64,000 nucleotides of DNA, from assembly GCA_051530055.1 (NCBI GenBank), contig CM121341.1:2198638-2262637 (forward strand), in the 5' to 3' direction. The notes under the pieces were generated by a model. The model saw nothing but the letters and a program-made list of their open reading frames with translations, did no database searches and was not told the origin of the DNA. This DNA is from Neoechinorhynchus agilis. Taxonomy: Eukaryota; Animalia; Acanthocephala. Positions within the stretch are counted from its first letter, which is position 1. The number at the start of each line of letters is the position of its first letter. Shown one piece after another: positions 1-11,366 of the stretch. Both the position numbers and the translations under genes were made by a program.

Positions 1-303
1 TGGGTGTAAACGTTCAGTCTCAATTTGTTAATAAAAGTGACCGGAAAGTTTTATACTTTATTTGAAGTGCTTTTTGCACATTAAATTCTAGTAATAAGTT
101 CTTGTGAATTTAAAGAATCCATTTCGATCGAATCAGAATCGTTCCATTTTTGGAAAATCCGAATTGGTTTTTCATCGGCAAAATCCTTTATTAATGGCTC
201 GAAAGCTTCTATGACTTGTTCCATATTTGAGATATTTTTTGGAAACGGATCGACAGCAGAATTCGTTCTAAATGTTCTAAATTTTTTGGCGAAAAATTGT
301 CCG

Positions 304-969
304 CTAAAAAATGGCTAACCTTCTCTGACGCTTTGATCGCCCAGCAATGAATCCGTCGCCAAATAATCGAAATAAATTCGTTCCCAGGATGAACGTAGCA
401 ATTTGCGAAGCCATAACGGAAATAATCGAAATTAAACCACATGCAATCGATAAATAAAATGTATAGCAGAATTGATGAGATTTTTCTTTCACAAAAAATA
501 CGAAGAATCCCATTCCGAAAGCGTGGCAGGTCACTGAAAAATAAACGGATTAAACGGAAGGCCGATTTTAAAAATTTACTTACAAGAGATTTGTCCAAGG
601 ACCGAGGAAACTTGCAGCCACAAGATCCGCACTCGTCCTTGGGATACAAAATGAAATACGGCCATAAGAAAAGCCGCAATTTCGAATCCGGCGCTCATAA
701 CCAGCAACGTGCCTATTAGTTTTCCTAACGAAAGGAATTTTATAAAAGAAACAAGAAGGAAACTTACTTTCAATGAGAAGGAAGTAAATCGGAGGCAAAA
801 GCGATGTCTTATTTCTGTATGAATGGCCGAAGATTCTAATGGTGAAATCCGTATTTGGAACTCGCGTCCACGGATGATGGTTGCATATTGAAATCCAGCT
901 TAAAATTGAAGTAACAAAGAACAACATCGCAATCGCGAAACTCAATGCTTTGAACGTTGTAGGATTCAT
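304..969 (-). CDS. Claudin/PMP22-like four-transmembrane protein, 3 exons (969-768, 724-584, 533-304)
   Basis: Three ORF pieces join in frame across canonical GTAAGT..AG introns of 43 nt (725-767) and 50 nt (534-583). The spliced protein has four hydrophobic segments (FAIAMLFFVTSILSWISI; LIGTLLVMSAGFEIAAFLMAVFHFV; ILWLQVSSVLGQISLTCHAFGMGFFVFFV; FYLSIACGLISIISVMASQIATFILG). The 3' end may continue via another intron. Confidence 0.7.
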
Positions 970-1024
970 TAGGTGCTATCGATAAATCTGTAGGAGTTTG
1001 GGATGGATGCAAGATATTCTTAAG

Positions 1025-1243
1025 TTGTGCGTTGGCGAATCCTGCCCCCGGTGCTTTCGTTACTCATTTATATTCGAAATATTTCACAAGGTTTTCCTTG
1101 CCTCTTCAGTCGATATTGTTTGCAAGTTTTTTCACTTGTGAATTGCAAACAATATCGACTGAAGAGGCAAGGAAAACCTTGTGAAATATTTCGAATATAA
1201 ATGAGTAACGAAAGCACCGGGGGCAGGATTCACCAACGCACAA
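1025..1243. mobile_element. Young palindromic (foldback) insertion with a minimal hammerhead motif in each arm
   Basis: Arms 1025-1125 and 1143-1243 are reverse complements with one mismatch. The direct repeat AGATATTCTTAAGT at 1012-1025 and 1274-1287 looks like a target-site duplication. CTGAAGA..GAAA core at 1159-1190 and its mirror in the left arm. Confidence 0.8.
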
Positions 1244-1438
1244 TCAAATTCACCCCGAAGACAATGATATATGAGATATTCTTAAGTAACACTCGTTTCA
1301 GACTACAAGCATTTTCCGTCCAAATATGTTTTTCTTATTGTTTGGAGTTTTGAAGGCAAACAAAAAACATTTATTGTTTATCTTGTTTTTCCCCAAAAAA
1401 AAACACCATGTTTCGAAAAACATAATTTAACCAATAAA

Positions 1439-1706
1439 TATAATTTCAGTTTCAATTAGCGATGTTTGATTCAGAAAATAGATTTATATTTAAAATTTTC
1501 GGCCTTTTCGTTGGCCTTCTTCAGTCAATCCACAATTTAAAAGAAGCATTTTCAAATAGTTTATCCGGTGGGACTCGCAGACTGAGTTTATAGTCAACTA
1601 TTTGACAATGCTTCTTTTGAATTGTAGATTGACTGAAGAAGGCCAACGAAAAGGCTGAAAATGTTCATTTCTGAATCAAACATCGCTAATTGAAACTGAA
1701 ACTATA
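1439..1706. mobile_element. Imperfect palindromic element with a hammerhead-like core in each arm; same family as 19372-19542
   Basis: TTCAGTTTCAATTAGCGATGTTTGATTCAGAAA at the left end is inverted at the right end. The arms contain CTGAAGA-A-GGCC-AACGAAAA-GGCY-GAAA. Confidence 0.75.
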
Positions 1707-2269
1707 ATGAATAATTTCTTTGCAATAAAAAATATAAAGCGGTCATTATTTTTATGATCGCTGATTAAATGTTTGTTTTCAAACTTGAAATACTTAATTC
1801 CTTCAATAGAAAAAACATTTTGCTGGCACGAGTATTCCTTAATAAAACGAACGATTATTAGTTTAACGGTAATTCTTTATTTTTTCGGCAAAAAGAATTT
1901 ATAATGGGTTAGCGCCGCCGGTCTGGATCACTCTGCTGCCATCCTGGTGCAACGCTCCAAATTACGGACGCAGCGTTCCTTTCCGTTTCAAAGCCAAGCT
2001 TTTGTTTTGTAGGAGGAATGCTCCTGATCTCGGATCGCCAGTGATTCGTTTAAGTCTCTTGGACATTTGATTGACCAGGCCGACCAGAGAATCTCGACAC
2101 CAAAGGGAACGAAATAATGATTTCGACCGAGGTCCTTGAATTTGGTTTTTTGCCATCTTCAGCGAAAGCAAAAATGTAAAAAATAGGGACGTGCTCATTT
2201 GTGAGTCTTTCCGGATAAATAATAAGCTCATGTTTTTAGCTATTTCATCAAAAATGATTTATTTTTGAA

Positions 2270-2455
2270 GTCTGGTCGGTCGGTAGCTTTTCCGATGTGT
2301 GGCCGCTTTTTCACGGCTGATGATTTTTCCTTGGACGCACCACCCCGAAGCGTACCTTTGGTTGTGCATCATCGGCGGTAACGGATTCGAACCCTTTGAC
2401 CCTAAGTGGGATCCGGTGTACTGGTCCACTTGACCACCTCAGCGCAAATGCGGAA
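2270..2455 (-). mobile_element. tRNA-derived SINE-like element
   Basis: Minus strand reads GCTGAGGTGGTCAAGTGG (A-box-like) ... GGGTTCGAATCC (B-box). The head recurs at about 51764-51830, and the downstream CCGCCGATGATGCACAACCAAAGG recurs at about 51555-51578. Confidence 0.6.
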
Positions 2456-3271
2456 CAAGGAATTTAATTATTTCTTTGAACAAGCGACGAATAATTAATC
2501 CCTTCAAGTGGGCAAAAATGTTTCTTCTGCTTGTAATCCCTAAGTTCAACAGCGACGCGAAGAATTTTCATTGGAGAATTTCTTCGAACACCATCGCTAA
2601 AAGATGCCAAAAATTAATTTTTAAGAAATAAATGTAAATTCCCAAAACTTTTTACTGCTTTTTTCAAAAATGAAAAGGAGAAATTTTTTGTTACCGGTGT
2701 TGTAAGCAAGTTTCTTTTTAATATTTTGAACATCCTCTTTCAAACATTTTCAAGAGTACTTTAATTTTTGTACAAAAAATCGTGGCGACAAAGGATCGGC
2801 TACTTCATAGTGTTTAAAGTGGGTTCGAATGCAACTCGATGAGCTCTAAAACCGGTTCTACTCTTCGCCACATTTTGTCTTCCAAAAGGTAAATTACACG
2901 ACAAGGATTATTGTTTGCAAAATTTAGGTATTCGCATTCACTATAATAAATGTATAGCAGTTATTCTCTTAAACGTTCAAACTGAACATCAACCGTTGAG
3001 ATTTGAATAATATCCGAATATCTATAAACATATTCTTGCTCATAAAATAATTCTGGCATTAAAAAATGATTAAACATTAGCTCGTGAGATCTCTATAAAA
3101 TTTAAATTGAGAAGAATACGGTTTCGGTAAGCACATAAAAACGGTTTCAAACTCTTACACGGAGATCATTGGTTAAAATTAACGTTTCTAAGAAGATAAT
3201 CGTATCTGAAATGAACACTAACGTACAAGTACACTTGATATTAAAGACTGTATTTTCAATTCCGACAATCT

Positions 3272-6200
3272 TTATTGACTACCAACGGGACCGGCGGCAG
3301 TTTGTGCAAATATTGTCCCTCCTCCACTCGTAGAAGTCTGCCTAGTTTGACCTGCGCCGGATCCTCCATTCGATCCCCGTCTCCGTCGGATCAAAGAAGC
3401 GAACATCGAGGGCTGAGTAACAAGACCTGCGACTCCACTTCCTCCGCTCACTTGCATGAGTTTTGCATGGACAGAAGGCGAAAATCTTAGTTGAACGACT
3501 TTTATAACGTATAAAGGAACGCAACTGACTCCGGTTATGGCAAATACTTTCCATAAAAAGGTAATGCTCGTTAGGAACTCGGCGTCGAAGTAAGAACGAA
3601 ACATGACCAGAGATATTGTGTAGCAAAGTAAGGATAGGAATTCAGCCACGATCATAAGATAGTGCCATGTACGAACTGTGATTGCCACCATTATGAGTTC
3701 AGTTAGAATAAGAGAAGTGAACGTTATCGAAACAACATGAATGAAATCGTCTTCAAATAAAAGCAATGATAAATAGATTATGACTCCTCCTTGGTAGATA
3801 GATATGAGAGCCCAAATGGAAAATGTCTTAAAGTTGAGAGAGCGTCCTTTTTGAAGTTCGGCGTATATCTCCGGAAATGTGAGTGCGATCTCAGGTGAGA
3901 CGTCCATATCGAGAACGAGTGAGAATACTGGAAACATTGTGTAGATGGTTGCGTAACCGACCATTAAAAATCCTTGGTAAAGCGGAATGGATGCTGAGTA
4001 GAATATCGACGAGAAAACTGCCTGCATTATGGCACACGGACACTATTGTCGAACAAGCTATACGCCAAATCATCTTTATTCAAATGAGTGAGCGCGAAAA
4101 AACCTTTGTTAAATCACAGTTTTAAACTGTCTTTACACAAAAATTAAATTCAAGCCAATTAAAACTATTTTGATTAAAAAAGTGTTGCAAAAAATCCCGT
4201 ATTTAATAAGAAAAGTTGCTAACGGTGAGTTTCTTCAAAAAAAGGAACAACTGTTCAGCATGATTGTATTTTACTGGAATTTCTTCGTTCAATGCTGATA
4301 AAGTTTCTCAAAATAAACCACCGAAATGCCTAAAAATACTCGATTTCTTATCTAAATTGCTTATATTCATCAAAGACGCACTCGATTAAAAGGATTATCT
4401 AAAGTTTAAAAATTTGATTAGCCAGAAGGCGAAGGGGTAGTCATATCAAAAAAGAGCAATTATTCTACATTATTGTATTCAATTAGAGTTTTGTCGTTTT
4501 TAAATTTCGAAAAAGCTTTCTTAATCGCCTATTCAAAAACAAGCTTTACGCCAATTCGAGTGCTATCGAAGGTTTGAAAGGGGATAAAATTTGCAAAAGT
4601 GTAAATACTTGGGACCTGATAGTGCCCATGAGCATCGCTATCGAAATAACGAGTCCACGGTGCATCACAAATTGAGCCAATGCAGCTGATCGCTTATAGC
4701 AATTCCTACCATGGACCAGAAGTAGAGGTTTAATGTGCGAAAATTGGCTAATACTAAAATCAGCAGCCAAAGAAGCTTGATGGCCTTCTTTCCCTACGAT
4801 CCCAATACCTGCATGAGCTTTTTGGATCATACTCACGTCATTTCCTCCATCTCCAACAGCAGCTACTCGGCATTTCGTTTGACGTTTCAAAGCATCGACC
4901 ACGTCTGCCTTTTGAGTAGGTGAGCAACGGCACACAACTACAGCCGACGCCCGGCAAGCTGCTTCAATGAACTGTTTTTCATTATGTTCAAGAGCAGCTC
5001 TAAGAGAAGATCCCGTTATGATGAGGGCATAAGCGCTGCATCTTGTCGAAGTTGACGCAAGATTCGTGATTTCATCGATTTCTTCATCGAGTTGCTGAGG
5101 AGTAAGTGGAGTCTGTGTAAACCAATGAACTGTCTGGTCGCGGCCACTTGTGAACAATCGACTTGATCTCGCGATGCAGGCAGCCGTCTCCATTTTATCC
5201 CCTGTCAACATCCATACTCGAATACCGGCATTCCTAAGCGCCTCAAGTGTCGGTCTTACGTTCGCTTGTAAACTGTCTTCGACACCAGTAACACACAAAA
5301 GTTCCAGCTCGCTTTCTAAATGATATTCAATAGCTTCGCGACATCGTTGAGTCCTATCTCCGACTGATAATTGAGCTTGAGTGTATTGGTGATCGAATAG
5401 AGCATATTGTTCGGGAGTCAGAACACGGTACCCATAAACAAGAATCCGAAGTCCTTCACGTGCCATGTTAGACGTCTCTTCGGTCAACCAATCAGAGTTC
5501 TTTGAAGAAAGAACCATTGGAGCTATAGCTGAATCAGCTCCTTTTATATAGAAAATGATTTCCTGAGTTTGCTCGTCTCGTACAATTAGACCCATTCGTT
5601 TAAGTTCAGACGTAAATGGGAAAATATGAAGAACTGTAAAGTGCCAAAAACCACCGTCGTCTTGTTTTAATACTATCGAATGTGCATCTCTTTTCCATAA
5701 CCGAAGTCCAATACTCTCACAAAACTGAACAAGACATACTTCATCCGGACTCGATGCCTGATACTGTCGCTGTCCTTCTGTGTCGTCCGAAGTGTCCAGC
5801 ATAACGTTATGGCAAACAGCGATAGCCTGAACAACTTCACGGACTCTACCGGCTGTCGTACGTCTTACAGCTGCAAATGATGAATACTTTGAAACTGAAG
5901 CTCCCGTGGAAATCGATGTTTGACGCCCTACCAAATACCCATCGGTATCCGCTGAGAATTTAGCTGCTGCTGCAGATCCGGCTTCACTGCTTTGGCTTAG
6001 CATCAGACGAAGCTCTTGAAGATTATCAGTCCCAAACGCGATCGTGCCCAAATGCACTCGTTTGAACACCATCTCATTTCTCGTTAAAGTACCAGTTTTA
6101 TCACTTAGAAGATACGAAATGCGACCCAACTCCTCTGGGATGGTACTTGACCTCACAACCGTTCCAGGGCAATGCTTTAAATCCGTGGACATGAAATACC

Positions 6201-8112
6201 CGTACACCATTTTCCCCAGATCCATGTTCACTCTCAGACTAATTGGAATTATGTATGAGAATAAAAGAACGAATCGAAATAAGTAGCGGTACCAAGGTCC
6301 GTGAAAGCCCTTTAGAATTATCATCACCATTGCGAGAATTAAAACAAAAGCAAACAATAGCTTAGTAAGTCTGTTGATCTCGAGGTCAAGTAAACCGATC
6401 TTTGCTCTTGTCTTTGTTGTATTCATCGCCATTCGAGTGTCACGACCTGTATAGATGGTGCACGCCAAGACTGGATGGCGAGTAGCCAACACTGTTCCAC
6501 TCCATAGCATATTTTCAACTGAAAGAGGTTCTTCAACGTCGTCACCGCATATAAATATTCCTTCAAATTGATCGAGACTTTTATTGGCGACGATGGATTG
6601 ATCTGTCGATGGCGGGGTGTATGTTAGAATTTCGTTTATAAGAAAAGATAAATAAACTCTTCTGCAGCTCAAAAAACACTATAACTTCCAAATGGGAACT
6701 TCGGTACTTTAAACTACCTGGCAGCGTGACCAAAACAATGAAACAAGATATTCACAAATCTCCTTTCGCAAAATCCCATTGGAACTTGTTGTGAAGGTCC
6801 AGTTTCTATTATGTCTTCGTCAAAGATGGAGCTGCCAGGTTGTTTAAAGTACAGGATCCCTATTTGGAGGTCATAGTGGTTAATGGGTTAATATCGATAG
6901 CTTGAGGCAAAAGGACGATTTTATAGCGGCGGACAAATCTTTTTCTTTTATTTAGTTTATGGAAAAGGAATAACCTTAAACTCTAATAAAAGATTTGATC
7001 GTCAAAAATCCCTCTAATGCCGCAAGTGGCTGTTTAACTAACAAAAGTTGCACTCATCCAGTCGTCGCTTGCGTACTTGGAGCTTGCGCCCTGACAGTAG
7101 CATTCCTAAGGCATTCAGGCAAATCACTAAGAACTGGTTGTTGTTCAATTGGATTTTCTTTGTTTTCAGTTGTACAAGCAGAAACGACCCTTTGCGAGAA
7201 TCCGCAAGCCATTCTAAGCTTCCAATCGGTTTCTCCGTCCAATTGGTCGGTTCTGATAAAACACGTACCCGGACTTACTTGACTATACAATAACACAAGA
7301 TCAGCCGGTACACGTTGATCAGGTTCAATGACGATTATATCACCAACTTGGATACTAGCAGCCGGAACATCCCCAACTACCCATTTTTCCTCGTGGACGT
7401 CGCGTCTCCAGCATTTATACATTTCCATATTAACATTACGATCCCTTCGAGCCCGTTTAACATCATCGTACGCTTCACGGATCAAGGTTACGAGCAGTAC
7501 AAACACTAGAGGTCCCCAGTACGTATAAAGGTAACCGACTCGTATTCCCGGGATGAATTGAGAAAGTGCCATTGCGAGGAAATAGAAGTTAAGGAACATT
7601 CGGAATTGTTGAAAGAGCACAAGTGGCAAGAAAGTGAATGCATTGTATTTTCTGTTCTGGATGGCATTTGAAGCGTATCGCCTGTTTTGTCTTGATTTAC
7701 CATTTTTGGATTTATTCGAAAGACCGACTTGGATCAGACGGTCGACTTCGGTCTGTTGGTTTTGCGTCCTTGACTTGACACAGCAACATCTTCGCATTCT
7801 GGATGGAGGAGGAGAAATGAAATTTGAGTCATTGGAATGAGTTGGAGGTGTTTTAGATGCGTTTGGGACCACGATTTCGTTGTCGAGGCTGGATCCACAG
7901 TATTCGCAGTGAAGCGGGGTAGGTGGTGATTGACGGCGACGACGGGAACGACTCAGGAGCCGAAGTCGCTGTCTACGAGGACGATCACCTGAGCATTTCA
8001 AGCAGTGAACTAAAGGGTCGAAACTGGTCGTCGTTGGTGTCACAAAGGGAGAGGATGATTGTTTAGCTTCTTGCATCAAAGTTTGTTCTTCTTCTGGTCG
8101 CGTGAACATCAC
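3272..8112 (-). CDS. ATP9: P4-type ATPase phospholipid flippase, ATP9/Neo1 class; 3 coding segments (8112-7078, 6585-4642, 4030-3272)
   Basis: Motifs [33 protein letters not shown] and [12 protein letters not shown], plus the C-terminal helices [25 protein letters not shown], all match ATP9A/B. Junctions are inferred from protein homology and are non-canonical. Confidence 0.95.
4031..4641 (-). other. Non-canonical intron-like interruption B in ATP9 (611 nt) with paired ends
   Basis: Removal restores [17 protein letters not shown] is repeated at both junctions. The arms CATGGGCACTAT (4630-4619) and ATAGTGTCCGTG (4046-4035) form 12 bp including two G-U pairs. Confidence 0.7.
6586..7077 (-). 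other. Intron A in ATP9 (492 nt by homology) with paired ends; a canonical alternative 6603-7076 adds 6 aa
   Basis: Removal gives [13 protein letters not shown], colinear with the ATP9 segment recalled as AEKP-NMD-IHSFEG. The arms GCGACGACTGGAT (7068-7056) and ATCCATCGTCGC (6598-6587) pair. Confidence 0.6.
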
Positions 8113-8479
8113 TGACCGTTACACAAGTATCGCATAAAAATTCTATAAGAAACCAAGACGAAAGGAAGCAACGACATTCGGAAAAGTAATAAATTACAAA
8201 AAAATGCGGATTTTTTAGCGAATATCCGAGCGAAGATTTTCAATTTGGCATTGAAACTTTTTTGATCTTCACTGAAAATAACATGGCTTTAGGAAAAATA
8301 AAAAGTTATTTCATAGTGGTGATTTAAATACAGATCTGTAGCTGGGAATATCGAATATTTAAGCCGTCTATAGGTTTTGTTTAATCCGGAAATGAAACTT
8401 TTTTTAAATTTAGATCGTGCTTAGATTTGGTTAAATTTGAAAAAGAACACAGTTAAAACGTGAAGTCGCACTTGGATTT

Positions 8480-9160
8480 GTTTTGAAACGGAACGGAGTT
8501 CGAAATTAAAAGTGAATTCGTTTAAATTCAAAAAAAAGGAGTCGAAAATAAAATTGGATTTCTTTTAAATCAAAAATAGGAATCGAAAATGAAATTGGAT
8601 TTGTTCAAAATCTCACAAAAGGGTCTAAAACAAAAAAGAATTTGTTCAAAATTCAAAAAAGTAAGTCGAAAATCAAAGTGGATCTCTTATCAATCGAAAA
8701 AATAAGTCGAAAAAAAGTCCGTTTCTTTAGATTCGAACAAAGGAATCGAAAATCAAAGGGGATCTGTTCAAATTCTAAAAAATAAGTCGAAACTCAAAGT
8801 GCATTTGTTCAAATTCGAAATAAGTCGAAAATCAAAGTGAATTTGTTCAAATTCGAAAAAATAAGTCGAAACTCAAAGTGAATTTGTTCAAATTCGAAAA
8901 AATAAGTCGAAACTCAAAGTGCACTTGTTCAAATTCGAAAAAGTAAGTCGAAAATCAAAGTGAATTTGTTCAAATTCGAAAAAATAAGTCGAAACTCAAA
9001 GTGAATTTGTTCAAATTCGAAAAAATAAGTCGAAACTCAAAGTGCACTTGTTCAAATTCGAAAAAGTAAGTCGAAAATCAAAGTGAATTTGTTCAAATTC
9101 GAAAAAATAAGTCGAAAATCAAAGTGCATTTTCAAATTAAAAAAATAAGTCGAAAATTAA
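8480..9160 (+). repeat. 41-bp minisatellite, about 16 copies, degenerate toward the left end
   Basis: TAAGTCGAAA recurs at 8821, 8862, 8903 and 8944 (period 41). Unit approximately TAAGTCGAAA(C/A)TCAAAGTGAATTTGTTCAAATTCGAAAAAA. Confidence 0.95.
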
Positions 9161-9572
9161 CAAACGCGAGCTGCTCTAAAGATGCAAAGGAATCATTTTC
9201 AGTGAGCACAGAAAATGATTTTTTTTGAAATTCCTGACGAATTCCAAATCGCGAACAATCGAACATCAAAATTAATTTTTCAATTACGTTCTCCTATGAA
9301 CAAAACCAGGTCGCGACTTTTGTTCCCAGCCACCGAAAACCCCCTCACAAACCTAAGGAATTCACAAGTTGTTCGATGAAACATTTAAGACTTTGAAACT
9401 AACAAAAACTTGGTCCGTGTATTCTTCCGTACTAAACCTTCTCAACCTTTTCAGCAGGACGGCAAAGGTTCATGGATCTAATTTCTTAAATACAAAAATC
9501 ACTAAGATTAAGAGCGGTGATGTGGATATTTTTCGATGTTTATTTAACGCGAAACGAATCTTCATGGAATGT

Positions 9573-11366
9573 CGTACCGTCCCAATTGACCATTGGATCT
9601 CAGTAATGAATCAGATGGATTGATTCTATCTGTGATGATTTGACGTACGAATTCTTATCGCCACAAACCATTCAGGAACGATTAAATCAATCGCTCTGGT
9701 GCCAGCAGACAGGCGCTAACCATGTTCCCGTGAATGGCCTCAGACAGTCGATCTGGGACGGACCTCTTGTCGCGAGAGCTCACAGCTCTCTACTTTCAGG
9801 TTCTCGCGATGGGGTCGTCCGATCTAGATTGTTGGCAGTTTCGACACGAGAATCTGGGGCGTGGTTGGAGGCTGTTCCTCTGGCATCTGTGGGAACTCTT
9901 CTCACTGACGAGGTAACGAGGATCGCAGTATCCTTAAGACTCGGTCTCCCGATATGCACGCCCCATCGCTGTCGATGTGGGTCTTTGGTTGATGCTTTCG
10001 GGCGATACGGTCTCGTCTGCAGAAGGTCAGGAGGAAGGTTCTCACGCCATTCTGAGATCAATTTCTCGGGCGTTGAGAACGGTGAACTTCCCAAACATCC
10101 TGGAACCCGCCCACCTCTGTAGACTAGACGGCCGTAGGCCCGATGGAATTTCGGTCTTCCCGTGGCGGGAGGGCAAATGCCTTCTCTGGGACGCCACGTG
10201 TGTGGATACCCTCGCAGCCAGCAACATCCCCTACTCCCTCGAAATCGCCGGTGGTGCCGCCAGTGCAGCGGAAGGGAGGAAAATACGGAAATATATTCAG
10301 TTATCGAGGGCTCACTAGTTTGTCCCCTTTGGGGTAGAGACGTATGGAGTGCTCGGCAGCTCGGCACTCTCTCTGCTCCAGGATCTCTCGAAGAAACTGA
10401 GAGAGGCAACCGAAGACTCAAGAGCAGGCGTATTCCTTCGACAAAATATCTCGCTGGCAGTACAACGAGGCAATGCTGCCAGCGTGATGGCGACGGTGGA
10501 GGAAGGAGAGAAGCTGGAATTTAGCGGGAGGTGGTGAGTGTGTTAATTGTCGAGAGATGAAGATTGATTGAATACATTTATAGTTATTGAAAAAACTCAT
10601 CTTTTTTTGTTTACCTATCAAACAAACCGATTTTTCCCTAAATCAAGGCACCTCGGTGCCATTCTCTAAAATATGCGACGAATTGGAGTCTCGAATGATT
10701 AGTGAGACTTTCCTCAGAGGAAACGTTACAATGGATACGAGGGTCGTGATTAAATATGGAATTATTATTTAGAAGTCTTCATTCGCGGTAAATGATTATT
10801 TCGATTAAAAACGTTCTACGAGTGGTGCATGCGATTTATGGATGTAAACAGATTTGCATCGGTAAAATAGGAATCTTAGTTTGGTCCTAGTAATCCGCAT
10901 AGTTAAAAAATATTAACATATAATTATTAAGTTATTGAAGACTTAATTTTAACGCTCAAGGGGATTTTCCACTGCATAGCTGCGATCATCGTTAGTTTGT
11001 TTGTTGATGAACCCGACGAGGTTCGTAGAACGTTTTTAATCGAAATAATCATTTACCGCGAATGAAGACTTCTAAATAATAATTCCATATTTAATCACGA
11101 CCCTCGTATCCATGGTAACGTTTCCTCTGAGGAAAGTCTCACTAATCATTCGAGGCTCCAATTCGTCGCATATTTTAAAGGATGGCACCGAGGTGCCTTG
11201 ATTTAGGGAAAAATCGGTTTGTTTGATAGGTAAGCAAATGAGCGATTGTTTTAATCGTTCCTGAATGGTTTGTGGCGATAAGAATTCGTACGTCAAATCA
11301 TCACAGATAGAATCAATCCATCTGATTCATTACTGAGATCCAATGGTCAATTGGGACGGTACGACC
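9573..11366. mobile_element. Large palindromic element whose left arm is interrupted by a CRE insertion
   Basis: 9573-9700 plus 10605-10820 are the reverse complement of 11010-11366. The inner part is related to the palindrome at 56545-56725. Confidence 0.8.
9700..10600 (+). mobile_element. 5'-truncated CRE-clade non-LTR retrotransposon (restriction-like endonuclease end)
   Basis: Translations give CRCGSLVDAFGRYGLVC (zinc-finger region), RRPDGISVFPWREGKCLLWDATCVDT (RLE PD..D), VPFGVETYG and ISLAVQRGNAASVMA. Frameshifts and stops are present, and the 3' end is A-rich. Confidence 0.85.

Noticed and set aside
2380-2450. Functional tRNA gene
   Set aside because: A and B boxes are present, but the acceptor and anticodon stems do not pair; treated as a SINE head.
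3272-8112. ATP9, RBBP4 and FERM as TE-disrupted pseudogenes
   Set aside because: Long frames are free of stops and frameshifts and keep all key motifs, and the inserts show no recognisable TE family. Considered unlikely but not excluded without expression data.
8480-9160. CRISPR-like appearance of the 41-bp repeats
   Set aside because: The units are contiguous with no unique spacers, the context is eukaryotic and there are no cas genes.
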